Source of the DNA: Basidiobolus meristosporus CBS 931.73 | Lineage: Eukaryota; Fungi; Basidiobolomycota | DNA length: 64,000 nucleotides | Assembly (NCBI GenBank): GCA_002104905.1 | Contig: MCFE01000097.1 | Location: 1 to 64,000, forward strand | Reading direction: 5' to 3' | In this document: positions 24,240 through 37,304 of the stretch, in pieces | Numbering within the stretch: the first letter of the stretch is position 1 | How the letters are laid out: the number at the start of each line of letters is the position of its first letter | Position numbers and translations under genes: made by a program | The notes under the pieces: generated by a model | The model's input: the letters and a program-made list of their open reading frames with translations, nothing else | Told to the model about the DNA's origin: nothing | Database searches by the model: none

Positions 24240-26028
24240 CATGATTTGATTGGCTGGTTCAAAAGTTAAACGCGATCAAAGTCACCATAGTAATCCTAGC
24301 AATAAGGCATATTATGTATATTAATTGGACTTTTTGGTTATAACTCCTTAAGTACTGCTTCAAATGAGCTGTAATTTGAAACATGTGTTGGCTACTACTT
24401 GTTCTGTATGACATAATATTCTTGGGTGGATTGCTTGCCAGGGTCTGGAGCATTTGTCCTTCAAAGTTGGAAATTCTTGATCTTTCACTTGTGTGTTACA
24501 ATAGAAAAAAGCAAAATAAAGATATGAGTGCAATATTGGTTTGGAGATATTATAGTAATGGAATACTTTCCATTACCACACTTCTTGTAACAAACTACAT
24601 TTTCTCCTGGATAAATTCTGCTCTGACGCATCTGTTTTGGCCTGCTTGTCCCTTGCTGGCACTCTTCTGGCAACCTGACATTTCTTTTCAGCTTGTTTTA
24701 AGCTCTCAACCTTAGTTGTGACCAGCTCCTGTAAAAGCGGCTGGTTTTTATCACTGCCAGGTCCTTGACTGCTACTTTGACTGGGTGCCTCTTGAGTGGT
24801 ACTACGCTTTTTCCTTGATTAATGTTGTGCAGGTGCACCCATGTCTGCCTGCTTGTCCTTAATTGGCACTCTTCCAGCTGCCTGATGTCTCTTTGACGCT
24901 TGTCTGGAGCTTTTGGCCTTGCTTATAATGGGCTCTTGAGGAAGCCGCTGGTTTTTAGCCATAGCACCCTTGTTCTTATGCCTTTGATAGTTTCTGCTAT
25001 TCATAAGATACTTTCTTAGCATTCCAATGCTGGCCCAAAATCTGTTTGCCCGTTTGAATCCAGGATAATGCGCATAGAACAGGTCAAATGCATTCTGCTT
25101 GGCCTTGAGTTCCTGATGGTCCCATCATATGCTGGCCTTAAGGTGATGGCATGCTAGACTTCTGACAGCCTCTTGTATATTAGCCCACTCTTCATTATTG
25201 CACTCAATGGCTTCACGGATCTTCAATGTCTTTTGATTTTTAGGCTTTGGTATCAACACCATATTGTCTCCCTCCCATGCTGTGATAGGTTTTTCTGTGG
25301 GCTTTATCTTTGGGCACTGTTGTTGAGCTTCAGAGGCTGTATGGTGTTCCTCTGCTGTTACATTGGGAAATGGCTCAATTCTTGGCTGTGACATTGAGCT
25401 ACTTGAGTTCCTTCCTTGCAGCAAGATACTGCTTTCTCTACCTGGGATATTGATTGCTCTACACATATTATCCGCTCATCCTGTTTCTGGACTACTTCCT
25501 GACTTCTCTGGGCCATTGCATCTATCCTATCAGCCACTGCACCTAATTGCTTTATTAATGCTTCAGTATGAGCTGACAACATACTTGCTAATATGGGTGG
25601 TGGTGATGTTATTATGGCCACTTGCTGATCTTCCACTGAGGGTACTGAATTTGCTACATTCTAATCTGCCTGAGCATAATGGTCAGCTTGTGGCTCCACA
25701 GAGGTTCTCAATTGCCTACTTGACTGAGAGCCTGAGGAGTCTGCATTATTACCTTCAATGGGCACACTGTCCACAGGGCCTTTTTGGATATAGCCCCGCT
25801 TGTTGCACTGAATGTCAAAGCAAGCTGTTGTCCAACTGTGCTTCTGTTGCCGTCAGTGGTGGGGTTTAGTTGAGAACCAGACAACTTTGCTTTATTTTTT
25901 GGTGGCATATATATGGAAGTGAGTCAAACCAAGGGATAAACAGTGTTACAGATACGTGTGTATGTAGTGCCACAACTTTATTTATAATGCTTACTATGGC
26001 AGGTCATCATTAAAACTTACATTTGTGC
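24240..26028 (-). pseudogene. Orphan repeated gene X, long copy (starts MPPKNKAKLSGS near 25908)
   Basis: Series of frameshifted K/S/Q-rich ORFs. Homologous to 749-1600; internal repeat 24635-24750 vs 24845-24960. Confidence 0.7.
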
Positions 26029-27972
26029 AGTCCATATTGATGAACCCCAGACTGTAACAGAGGCCCTAAATAGCCCTCAGACAAAGTTTTGGTGATCTGC
26101 AATGACTGAGGAATATCAGGCCCTGATGGAAAATCAAACTTGGGACTTAGTCAAATTACCAATCAACCAAAAATCTATTGGATGCAGATGGGTCTTCAAG
26201 ACAAAATACAAGGCTGATGGTACAATTGAAAGATACAAAGCAAGACTTGTAGCCAAATGATACTCTCAAACAAAAGGACTTGACTATACTGAGACCTTTG
26301 CACCGGTAGCCAAGTTTAATTCCATCAGGTTGATATTGGCTATTGCAGCCAAATAAAAGTTTTTTATTCATCAAATAGATGTAAAAATTGCATTTTTGAA
26401 TGGGGAACTTGATGAGGATGTGTATATGGACCAGCCTGATGGGTTTGTAGACCAAGATAACCCCCATTTGGTCTGCAAGCTTAAAAAGTCACTCTATGGT
26501 CTCAAACAATCACCAAGAGTGTGGAATTGCAAGATAGATTCTTATTAGGAATCTTTGAGTTTCAGAAGGAGTAATGCTGACTATAGTATATACTATAAGC
26601 CAGATAGAGCAAATCCAGTTTTCTTAGCTCTGTATGTGGATGATCTTATTATGGCCACCAATAACCCAGAAACATTAGAAGAGACAAAATCCAGCCTATC
26701 CAAGGAGTTCAAGATGTCCAATCTTGGAGAACTCAGTTACTACTTAGGGATTAAGTTCTTCATAGACAGAAGTACCCAGACTATCACCCTAAGCCAATCC
26801 AAGTATATTCAAGATATACTAAAGAAGTACAAAATGGAAGACTGTAAACCGGCAGCTGCCCCAATGGAGACAAACCTTAACTTGGTCAAAACTCAACCAA
26901 ATCAAGAGAGCTTGGTGCCATCTGAAAGCCCTGACTTTCCTTATCAGTCTATGGTTGGCAGCTTGATGTATATCATGCTTGGAACACGTCCAGATATCTC
27001 ATATTCAGTGGGAGTTGTCAGCCAACATAATCAGTACTATGGATCTGATCATATTGCAGCAGTTAAGCGGATTTTTAGATACCTAAAAGGAACTGTAGAT
27101 ATCTGCTTAAGATTCACTTATAAGGATTCAGAACAGGATCTTGTGGGATACTCTGATACTGATTGGGGACAAAATTTGGAAGACAGAAGATCCACCACAG
27201 GATACACCTTTCTTTACTGTAAAGGAGCAATTTCATGGAATTCAAGAAAGCAACCAACCATAGCACTTTCTACCACAGAGGCAGAGTATATAGCAGACTG
27301 TGAAGCTACAAAACAAGCAATGTGGTTAAAAAAGCTTTTTACAGATTTAGGCCTATGTCAAAAAATGCCTATTACTTTATTTACAATAGTCAAGGATGTA
27401 TACAATTAGGTAGAAATCCAACTTTTCACGCTAGAACCAAGCACATAGATATTAGACATCATTTCATACGTGAAGCTATAGAGAATAACTTAGTTAGCTT
27501 AGTTTACTGTCCTACAGATGAAATGATTGCAGAGATATTTACCAAACCACTAGCTAGAGACAAGTTTGAATATCTTAGGTCAAAATGAAGATTAGTAAGT
27601 ATGAACATTTAGCTGAGTGGGAGTGTTGTAAAAATTTGTGTTTCCACCTAAATATTCACCTAACTTAGTCACTTAGATCATTACCTTCATATCCTAGAGA
27701 AATCTGACCAAATTCCTTGTTGAGATTTACTCAGAATATTTTCACCAAAATACCAGGTACCCAGAACATCAAAATTCTCAAAGTTGTCCAAACAGCCCCA
27801 AACTTGGCACAAATGTTCTTGGGACCTTCCTTAACCTATTCTACATGCTTGTTATGTCAACATCAGGTAAAAGTATAAACACTACTTTTACATTCAATAA
27901 ATCATGAAGTGATAGCTACATAATCTACTTGTTCACCCAATCACTTCCAATATCTCCAAGACTCTTGCAGCA
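26029..27972 (+). mobile_element. Copia-B module A: RT-RNase H-PPT-LTR (LTR 27624-27972)
   Basis: KARLVAK, LYVDDL, GYSDTDW, HARTKHIDIRHHFIRE; PPT CTGAGTGGGAG. Confidence 0.93.
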
Positions 27973-30910
27973 ATTTGGAGCACTGTGAAGCCTGCATATA
28001 TGGGAAACAAACCAGATAACCATTCAAGAGCTTGGGGTAAATCAAAACTAATAAAAAATTAGATCTAATTCACTCAGATCTGTGTGGACCTATGCAAAAT
28101 TTATCCTTAGGCGGAATGATGTATTTAATCACTTTTATTAATGATTATACAAGATACACGTGGGTTTACTTCATGGAGCTCAAAGACATGGTGGAGAGAG
28201 AAACTGGTGAAAAAATCAATAAAATATGCTCTGACAATGGTGGAGAATATACCTCAATACTCTTTATCTACTTCTGCAAAATTCATTGGATAAAGCAAGT
28301 GACTACTGCACCATACTTCTCACAGCAAAAGGGGTAGCAGAGCATGCAAACAGATCAATGACTTGTATGGCAAGATCTATGATCCATAATCAAAAATTAT
28401 CCTATGATATTTGGGTGGAATCATTGGCCACTGCTGTATACCTTAAAAATAGGAGTTATAACAGAAAACTTTATGGTTCCATTCCATTTAAAGCATGGTA
28501 TGGGTACAGACCAAGTGTAGAACATCTAAGAATATTTTGGTGTAGAGCATGTACCAAGAAGCTGGCCGGAAATCAGTCAAAATTTGAGCCAACAAGTGTA
28601 AAATGCATATTTTTTGGCTGCCACAATGACAGTAGGGCATACAGACTCCACAATACCAAGGCAAAGAAGCTAATCAACTTCAGGGATGTGTTATTTGATG
28701 AAAATTCAAAATTTTCACAAAAAATGACATCAGATGATGATAAAAATCCGATCTCAAGTCCACCAATTGTCAGGATTGAATCAGAGCAAAACAATGAAGC
28801 TTTGTTCACCCCAGAGAATTCTACAGCTGTGGTTCAGCCAGAAGCAGTGCCCAAGTACATCCCAGAAGGGATCATTCCAGTATCAAATGCCTGGAGATCC
28901 AATTGGACAAGAAATAGCCCAAATTACTACATCAATGAGGATACACACTTAGCCTATGCCTATTAAGTCCATATTGATGAGCCCCAGACTGCAATAGAGG
29001 CCCTAAATAGCCCTCAGACAAAGTTTAGGAGATCTGCAATGGCTGAGGAATATCAGGCCCCAATGGAAAATCAAACTTGGGACTTGGTCAAATTACCAAT
29101 CAACCAAAAATCAAGAGGATGTAGATGGGTTGTCAAGACAAAATACAAGGCTGATGGTACAATTGATAGATACAAAGCAAGACTTGTGGCCAAAAGATAC
29201 TCTCAAACCAAAGGACTTGACTATGCTGAGACCTTTGCACCAGTAGCCATGTTTAATTCCATCAGGTTGATATTGGCTATTGCAGCCAAATATAAGTATT
29301 TATTCATCAGATGGATGTAGAATCTGTATTTTTGAGTGGAGAACTTGATAAGGATGTGTATGGGGACCTGCATGATGGGTTTGTTGACCAAGATAACCCC
29401 AATTTGGTTTGCAAGCTTAAAAAGTCTCTTTATGGTCTCAAACAATTACCAAGAGCCTGGAATTGCAAGATAGATTCTTATTTGGAATCTCTGGGTTTCA
29501 AAAGTAGTAATGCTGACTTTAGTATATACTATAAGCAAGATAGAGCAAATCCAGCTCCATAAGCTCTGTATGTGGATGATCTTATTATAGCCACCAGTAA
29601 TCTAGCAACATTGGAAGAGACATAATTCAGCCTATCTAAGGAGCTCAAGTTGTACAATCTAGGAGAACTCAGATACCACTTAGAGATTAAGTTCCCCATA
29701 GACAGAAGAACCCAGACTATTACCCTACGCCAATCCAAGTATATTCAAGATATACTAAAGGAGTACCAAATGGAAGGCAGTAAACCGGCAGCCACCCCAA
29801 TGGAGACAAACCATAACTTGGTCAAAACTCAACCAAATCAAGAGAGCTTGGTGCCATCTGAAAGCTCTGACTTTCCTTATCAATCTATAGTTGGCAGGCT
29901 GATGTATATCATGCTTGGAACATGTTCAGATATCTCATGCTCAGTGGGAGTTGTCAGCAAGCATAATCAAACTATGGAACTGATCATATTGCAGCAGTTG
30001 AGTGGATTTTTAAATACCTAAAAGGAACTGCTGATATCTGCTTAAAATACACCTATAAGGATTCAGAACAGGATCTTGTGGGATGCTCTGATGCTGATTG
30101 GGGGCAAAATGTGGGCAACAGAAGATCCACCATAGGATACATCTTTCTTTCCTGTAAAGGAGCAATTTCATGGAATTCAAGAAAGCAACCAACTGTAATG
30201 CTTTCTACCACAGAGGCATAGTATATGGCAGCCTGTGAAGCTACAAAAGAAGCAAAGTGGCTAAGAAAATCTTTTACAGATTTAGGCCTAGGTCATGAAA
30301 CACCTATCACAGTATTTCAAGATAATCAAGGATTTATATAATTAGGTAGTGATACAACTTTTCATGCTAGATCTAGGCACATAGATATTAGACACCATTT
30401 CATATGTGAAGCTATTGAGAATAACTTAGTTAGCTTAGCTTACTGTCCTTAAGATGAAATGATTGCAGATATATTTACAAAACCCTTAGCTAGAGACAAG
30501 TTTGAATATCTTAGGTCATAATTAGGACTAGTCAGTATGAACATTTAGCAGAGTGGAAGTGATGTAAAAGTTTGTAATTCCACCTAATTATTCACCCAAT
30601 ATAGTCACTTAGAGCAATACCTTCAAGTCCCAGTGAATACTGACCAAACTCCTTGTTAGGATTTACTTAAAATATTTTCACCAAAATACCAGGTACCCAG
30701 TACATGAAAATTCTCAAAGCTTTTCCAAACAGCCCCAAACTTTGCACACATGCTCTTGGGACCTTCCTTATCCTTTTTTATGTGTTTGTTATGCCAAGAC
30801 CATGTAAAAGTATAAATACTACTTTTACATTCAATAAATTGTTTAGTGAGAACCACATAATCTACTTGACCTCCCTAATCACTTCCAATATCTCCAGGAC
30901 TCCTACAACA
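27973..30910 (+). mobile_element. Copia-B module B: integrase-RT-RNase H-PPT-LTR (LTR 30560-30910), gag-less
   Basis: LEHCEACIYGK, HSDLCGPM, SDNGGEY; RT and RH motifs with stops. Confidence 0.93.
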
Positions 30911-31968
30911 GAATATTACTCAAAACTCTTCATCCACTTATGCAAAATTCATGGGATAAAGCAAGAGATTACTGCGCCATACTCTGCACAGCAAAATGGG
31001 GTAGTAGAACATGCAAGCAGATCAATAACTCAGATGGCAAGATCTACAACTCATGATCAAAAATTGTGATATGATTTTTGGCCAGAATCAGTTGTCATAA
31101 CTGTATACCTTGAAAATAGCAGTTATAATGGAATACTTTGTGATTCTATTCCAATTGAAGCATGGAATGGATACAGACCAGGTGTAGAACATCTAAGAAT
31201 ATTAGGGTGTACAGCATATGCAAAGAAACTGCCTGGAAATCAGTCATATTTCAGCCAACAAGTATAAATTGCTTATTTTTGTGCTACTGCAATAAGAGTA
31301 AAGCATACTAACTCTACAATACCAAAGCAAAGCAGGTTACCAGTTCCAGGGATGTGTTGTTTGATGAAAATTCAAAATTTCACAAAAAATGACATCAGAT
31401 GATAACAAAAATCTGATCTCAAGTGTACCAATGGTCAGAATTGAATCAGAGCAAAACAATGAAGCTTTTTTCACTCCAGAGTACTCTACAACCATGGTTT
31501 AACCTGAATCAGCGTCCAAAAATATCCCAGAATTTATCATTCTAGTATCAAATGCCTGGAGATCAAACCAGATGAGATATAGCCGGTATTACTATATCAA
31601 TGAGGGTACAGACTTTGCCTATGCCTATTCAGTCCATATTGATGAGCTCCAGACTGTAATAGAGGCCTAAAATAGCACTCAGACAATGTTTTGGAGATCT
31701 GCAATGACCGAGGAATACCAGGCCCTGATGGAAAATCAAACTTGGGACTTAATCAAATTACCAATCAACCAAAAATCTATTGGATGTAGAAGGGTCTTCA
31801 AGACAAAATACAAGGCTGATGCTACAATTGAAAGATACAAAGCAAGACTTGTAGCCAAAGGATACTCTCAAACAAAAGGACTTGACTATACTGAGACCTT
31901 TGCACCAGTAGCCAAGTTTAATTTCATCAGTATGATATTGGCTATTGCAGCTAAATATAAGTTTTTTA
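30911..31968 (+). mobile_element. Copia-B module C: integrase C-half plus RT start
   Basis: [23 protein letters not shown]; truncated by the minus-strand LTR at 31969. Confidence 0.9.
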
Positions 31969-32378
31969 TGTTGTAAGAGTCTTGGAGATATTGGAAGTGA
32001 TTGGGAGGACAAGTAGATTACGTGGTTTTGACTTAATGATTAATTGAATGTAAAAGCAGTATTTATACTTTTACCTGGTCTTGGCATTACAAGCACATGG
32101 AATAGGATAAGAAAGGTCCCAAATACATGCGTGCAAAGTTTGAGGCTGTTTGGACAACTTTGAGAATTTTTCATGTTTGGGGTACCTTGTATTTTGGTGA
32201 AAATATTTTGAGTAAATCTCAATAAGAAATTTGGTCAGTATTCTCTAGAATTTGAGGGTAATGATTTAAGTGACTAAGTTAGGTGAATATTTATGTGGAA
32301 TTGCAAACTTTTACTTCACTTCCACTCAGCTAAATGTTCATACTGACTAGTCCCAATTTTGACCTAAAGTATTCAAAC

Positions 32379-32727
32379 TGTTGTAAGAGTCTTGGAGATA
32401 CTGGAAGTGATTTGGAGAACAAGTAGATTATGTGGTTTTCACTTAATGATTTATTGAATGTAAAAGTAGTATTTATACTTTTACCTGGTCTTGGCATTAC
32501 AAACACGTAGAATAGGTTAAGGAAGGTCTCAAGAGCATGTGTGCAAAGTTTGGGACTGTTTGGACAACTTTGAGAATTTTCATGTTCTGGGTACCTGGTA
32601 TTTTGGTGAAAATATTCTGAGTAAATCCCAACAAGGAATTTGGTCAGTATTCTCTAGGATTTGAAGGTAATGATCTAACTGACTAAGTTAGGTGAATATT
32701 TAGGTGGAAATATGAATTTTTACAACA
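32379..32727 (-). repeat. Solo LTR-B inserted in RNase H of module D
   Basis: Perfect 5-bp TSD CAAAC/CAAAC. Confidence 0.92.
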
Positions 32728-34985
32728 CAAACCTGTCTCTAGCTAATGGTTTGGTGAATATGTCTGCAATCATATCATCTGTAGGACAGTAAACTAAGCT
32801 AACTAAGTTATTCTTTATAGCTTCACATATGAAATGATGTCTAATATCTATGTGCTTGGTTCTAGCATGAAAAGTTGGATTTCTACCTAATTGTATGCAT
32901 CCTTGATTATCTTGAAATAAAGTAATAGGCATTTTTTGACATAGACCTAAATCTGTAAAAAGCTTTCTTAACCACATTGCTTTATTTATAGCTTCACAGG
33001 CTGCTATATACTCTGCCTCTGTGGTAGAAAGTGCTATGGTTGGCTGCTTTCTTGAATTCCATGAAATTGCTCCTTTACAGTAGAGAAAGGTGTATCCTGT
33101 GGTGGATCTTCTGTCTTCTAAGTTTTGTCCCCAATCAGCATCAGAGTATCCCACAAGATCCTGTTCTGAATCCCTATAAGTGTATCTTAAGCTGATATCT
33201 ACAGTTCCTTTTAGGTATCTAAAAATCCGCTTAACTGCTGCAATATGATCAGATCCATATTTTTGATTATGTTGGCTGGCAACTCCTACTGAATATGAGA
33301 TATCTGGACATGTTCCAAGCATGATATACATCAGCCTGCCAACTATAGATTGATAAGGAAAGTCAGGGCTTTCAGATGGCACCAAGCTCTCTTGATCTGG
33401 TTGAGTTTTGACCAAGTCAAGGTTTGTCTCCATTGTGGTGGCTGCTGGTTTACAGTCTTCCATTTGGTACTTCTTTAGTATATCTTGAATATACTTGGAT
33501 TGGCTTAGAGTGATAGTCTGGGTACCTCTGTCTATGGAGAACTTGATCCCTAAGTAGTTACTGGGTTCTCCTAGATTGGACATCTTGAACTCCTTAGATA
33601 GGCTTGATTTTTCACTTCCAATGTTTCCAGCTTATTAGTGGCTATAGTAAGATCATCCACATATAGAGCTAATAAAACTGGATTTGCTCTATCTGGCTTA
33701 TAGTATATACTATAGTCAGCATTACTCCTTTTGAATCTCAAAGATTCCAAATGAGAATCTATATTGCAATTCCAGGCTCTTGGTGATTGTTTGAGACCAT
33801 ATATTGACTTTTTAAGCTTGCAGACCAAATGGGGGTTATCTTGGTCACCAAACCCATCAGGCTGGTCCATATACACATCCTCATCAAGTTCTCTATTCAA
33901 TGATGCAGTTTTTACACCCATTTGATGAATAAATACGTATATTTGGCTGGAATAGCCAATACCAACCTGATGGAATTAAACTTGGCTACCGGTGCAAAGG
34001 TCTCAGTATAGCCAAGTCCTTTGTTTGAGAGTATCATTTGGCTACAAGTCTTGCTTTGTATCTTTCAATTGTACCATCAGCCTTGTATTTTGTCTTGAAG
34101 ACCCATCTGCATCCTATTGATTTTTGGTTGATTGGTAATTTGACTAAGTCCCAAGTTTGATTTTCCATTGGGGCCTGATATTCCTCAGTCATTGCAGATC
34201 TCCAAAACTTTGTCTGAGGGCTATTTAGGGCCTCTATTACAGTCTGGGGCTCATCAATATGGACTTAATAGGCATAGGCTAAGTGTGTATCCTCATTGAT
34301 ATAGTAATTTGGGCTATTTCTTGTCTGATTGGATCTCCAGGATTTGATACTGGAATGACACTTCTGGGATATCCCTGGGCACTGATTCTAGATGAACAAC
34401 AGTTGTAGAGCCCTCTGGAGTAAGAAAATTTTTATTGTTTTGCTCTGATTCAATCCTCACAATTGGTGGATTTGGGATCATATTTTCATCATCATCTGAT
34501 GTCATTTATTGTGAAAATTTTGAATCTTCATCGAACAACACATCCCTGGACTTGATTGGCTTCTTTGCTTTGGTATTGTAGAGTCTGTATGCTTTACTCT
34601 CATTGCAGTAGCCCAAAAATATGCATTTTACACGTTTTGGCTCAAATTTTGACTGATTTCTGGGCAGTTTCTTGGCATATGCTGTACACCCAAATATTCT
34701 TAGATGTTCTGCGCTTGGTCAGTATCCATACCGTGCTTCAAATGGAGTGCAATCACACAGTATTCTGTTATAACTCCTATTTTTAAGATGTACAGCAGTG
34801 GCAACTGATTCTGCCCAAAAAATAGGATAATTTTTTATCATGGATCATAGATCTTGCCATATCAATTATTGATCTGTTAGCAAGTTCTGCTACTCCATTT
34901 TGCTGTGGTAAGTATGGTACAGTAGTCTCTTGCTTTATCCCATGAATTTTGTAGAAGTGGATGAAGAGTTTTGAGGTATATTGCC

Positions 34986-35334
34986 TGTTGTAAGAGTCTT
35001 GGAGATATTGGAAGTGATTGGGAGGACAAGTTGATTATGTAGCTTTCACCTAATGATTTATTGAATGTAAAAGTAGTATTTATACTTTTGCCTGGTCTTG
35101 GCATAAAAAACATGTTGAATAGATTAAGGAAGGTCCCAAGAACATGTGTGCAAAGTTTGAAGCTGTTTGGACAACATTGAGAATATTCATGTTCTGGCTA
35201 CCTGGTATTTTGGTGAAAATATTCCAAGTAAATCCCAACAAGGAATGTGGTCAGTATTCTCTAGGATTTGAAGGTACTGATCTAAGTGACTAATTTAGGT
35301 GAGTATTTAGGTCCAAATACAAATTTTTACAACA
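34986..35334 (-). repeat. Solo LTR-B inserted in integrase of module D
   Basis: Flanks TTGCC/TTCTC; removal restores the SDNGGEYTS coding sequence. Confidence 0.85.
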
Positions 35335-37304
35335 TTCTCCACCATTGTCAGAGCGTATTTTCTTGATTTTTTTGCCTGTTTCTCTCTCCACCATGGCTTT
35401 AAACTCACTGAACTTAGACAGAGCTTTTTCCTATCTCTCCATGAAGTAGACCCATGTGTATCTTGTATAATCATCAATAAAAGTGATTAAATACTTCATT
35501 CTGCCTAAGGATAAATTTTGCGTAGGTCCACACAGATCTGAGTGAATTAGATCTAATTTTTTATTAGTTTTGATTAACCCAGAGCTCTTGAATGGTTATC
35601 TGGTTTGTTTTCCATATATGCAGGCTTCACAGTGTTCCAAAGTGTTGTAAGAGTCTTGGAGATATTGGAAGTGATTGGGAGAACAAGTAGATTATGAGGT
35701 TTTCACTTAATGATTTATTGAATGTAAAAGTAGTATTTATACTTTTACCTGGTCTTGGCATTACAAGCACGTAGAATAGATTAAGGAAGGTTCCAAGACC
35801 ATGTGTGCAAAGTTTGGGGCTGTTTGGACAACTTTGAGAATTTTCATGTTCTGGGTACCTGGTATTTTGGTGAAAATATTCTTAGTAAATCCCAACAAGG
35901 AATTTGGTCAGTATTCTCCAGGATTTGAAGGTGATGATCTAAGTGACTAAGTTAGGTGAATATTTAGGTGGAAATACAAATTTTTACAACATAACCTAGC
36001 AACATTGGAAGAGACTAACTCCAGCCTATCTAAGGAGTTCAAGATGTCCAATCTAGGAGAACTCAGTTACTACTTAGGGATCAAGTTCTCCATAGACAGA
36101 AGAACCCAGACTATTATCCTAAGCCAATCCAAGTATATTCACAATATATTATAGAAGCACCAAATAGAAGACTGTAAACCAGCAGCTACTCTAATGGAGA
36201 CAAACCTTAACTTGGTCAAAACTCAACTAAATCAGGAGAGCTTAGTGCTATCTGATAGCCCTGACTTTCCTTATCAATCTGTTGCTGGCAGCTCAATGTA
36301 AGTCATGCTTGGAGCATGTCCAGAGATCTCATATTCCGTGGGAGTTGTCAGCCACCATGATCAGAACTATGGATCTGATCATATTGCAGCAGTTAGGTGG
36401 ATTTTTAGATACCTAAAAGGAACTGCTGATATCTGCTTAAGATACACTTATAAGGATTCAGAACAAGATCATGTGGGATGCTCTGATGCTGATTGGGGGC
36501 AAAATTTGGACAACAGAAGATCCACCACAGGATACACCTTTCTTTACTGTCAAGGAGCAATTTCATGGAATTCAAGGGAGCAACCAACCATAGCACTTTC
36601 TACCACAGGCACAGAGTATATGGCAGCCTGTAAAGCTATAAAAGAAGCAATGTGGTTAAGAAAGCTTTTTACAGATTTAGGCCTAGGTCAAGAAACACCT
36701 ACCACATTATTTCAAGATAATCAAGGATGTATACAATTAGGTACAGATCCAACTTTTCATGCTGGAGCTAAGCACATAGATATTAGACATCATTTCATAT
36801 GTGATGCTATTGAGAATGACTTAGCTAACTTAGCTTATTGTCCTTCAGATGAAATGATTGCAGACATATTTACAAAATCATTAGCTACAGACAAGTTTGA
36901 ATATCTTAGGTCATAATTAAGACTAGTCAGTATGAGCATATAGCTGAGTAGGGATGGTGTAAAAATTTGTAATTCCATCTAAATATTCACCTAACATAGT
37001 CACTTAGATCATTACCTTCAAATCCTAGAGAATACTGACCAAATTCCTTGTTGGGATTTACTTTGAATACTTTCACCAAAATATAAGGTACCCAGAAAAT
37101 GAATATTCTCAAAGTTGTCCAAGCAGCCCCAAACCTTGCACACATGTTCTGAAAATCTTTCTTAACTAATTTTATGTGTTTGTTATGCCAAGACCATGTA
37201 AAAGTATAAATACTACTTTCACATTCAATAAATCATTAAGTGAAAACCAAATAATCTACTTGTCCTCCCAAATCACTGCCAATATCTCCAAGACTCTTAC
37301 AACA

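Larger units (their letters stand above)
31969..35991 (-). mobile_element. Copia-B module D (inverted): LTR 35991-35643, integrase, RT, RNase H, PPT, LTR 32318-31969, plus two internal solo LTRs
   Basis: ORF 32720-33583 (RT C-terminus and RH); integrase 35335-35642 and 34500-34985. Confidence 0.93.
21044..37304 (+). mobile_element. Outer copia-B element swollen to 16.3 kb by nested insertions
   Basis: 5' LTR 21044-21389, tandem partial LTR to 21700, PBS GGCTATGAGCCCC, gag ~21720-22300 (NYVYGRLLDE). RT-RH 35992-36954, 3' LTR 36955-37304. Perfect TSD TTCTA at 21039-21043 and 37305-37309. Confidence 0.8.
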
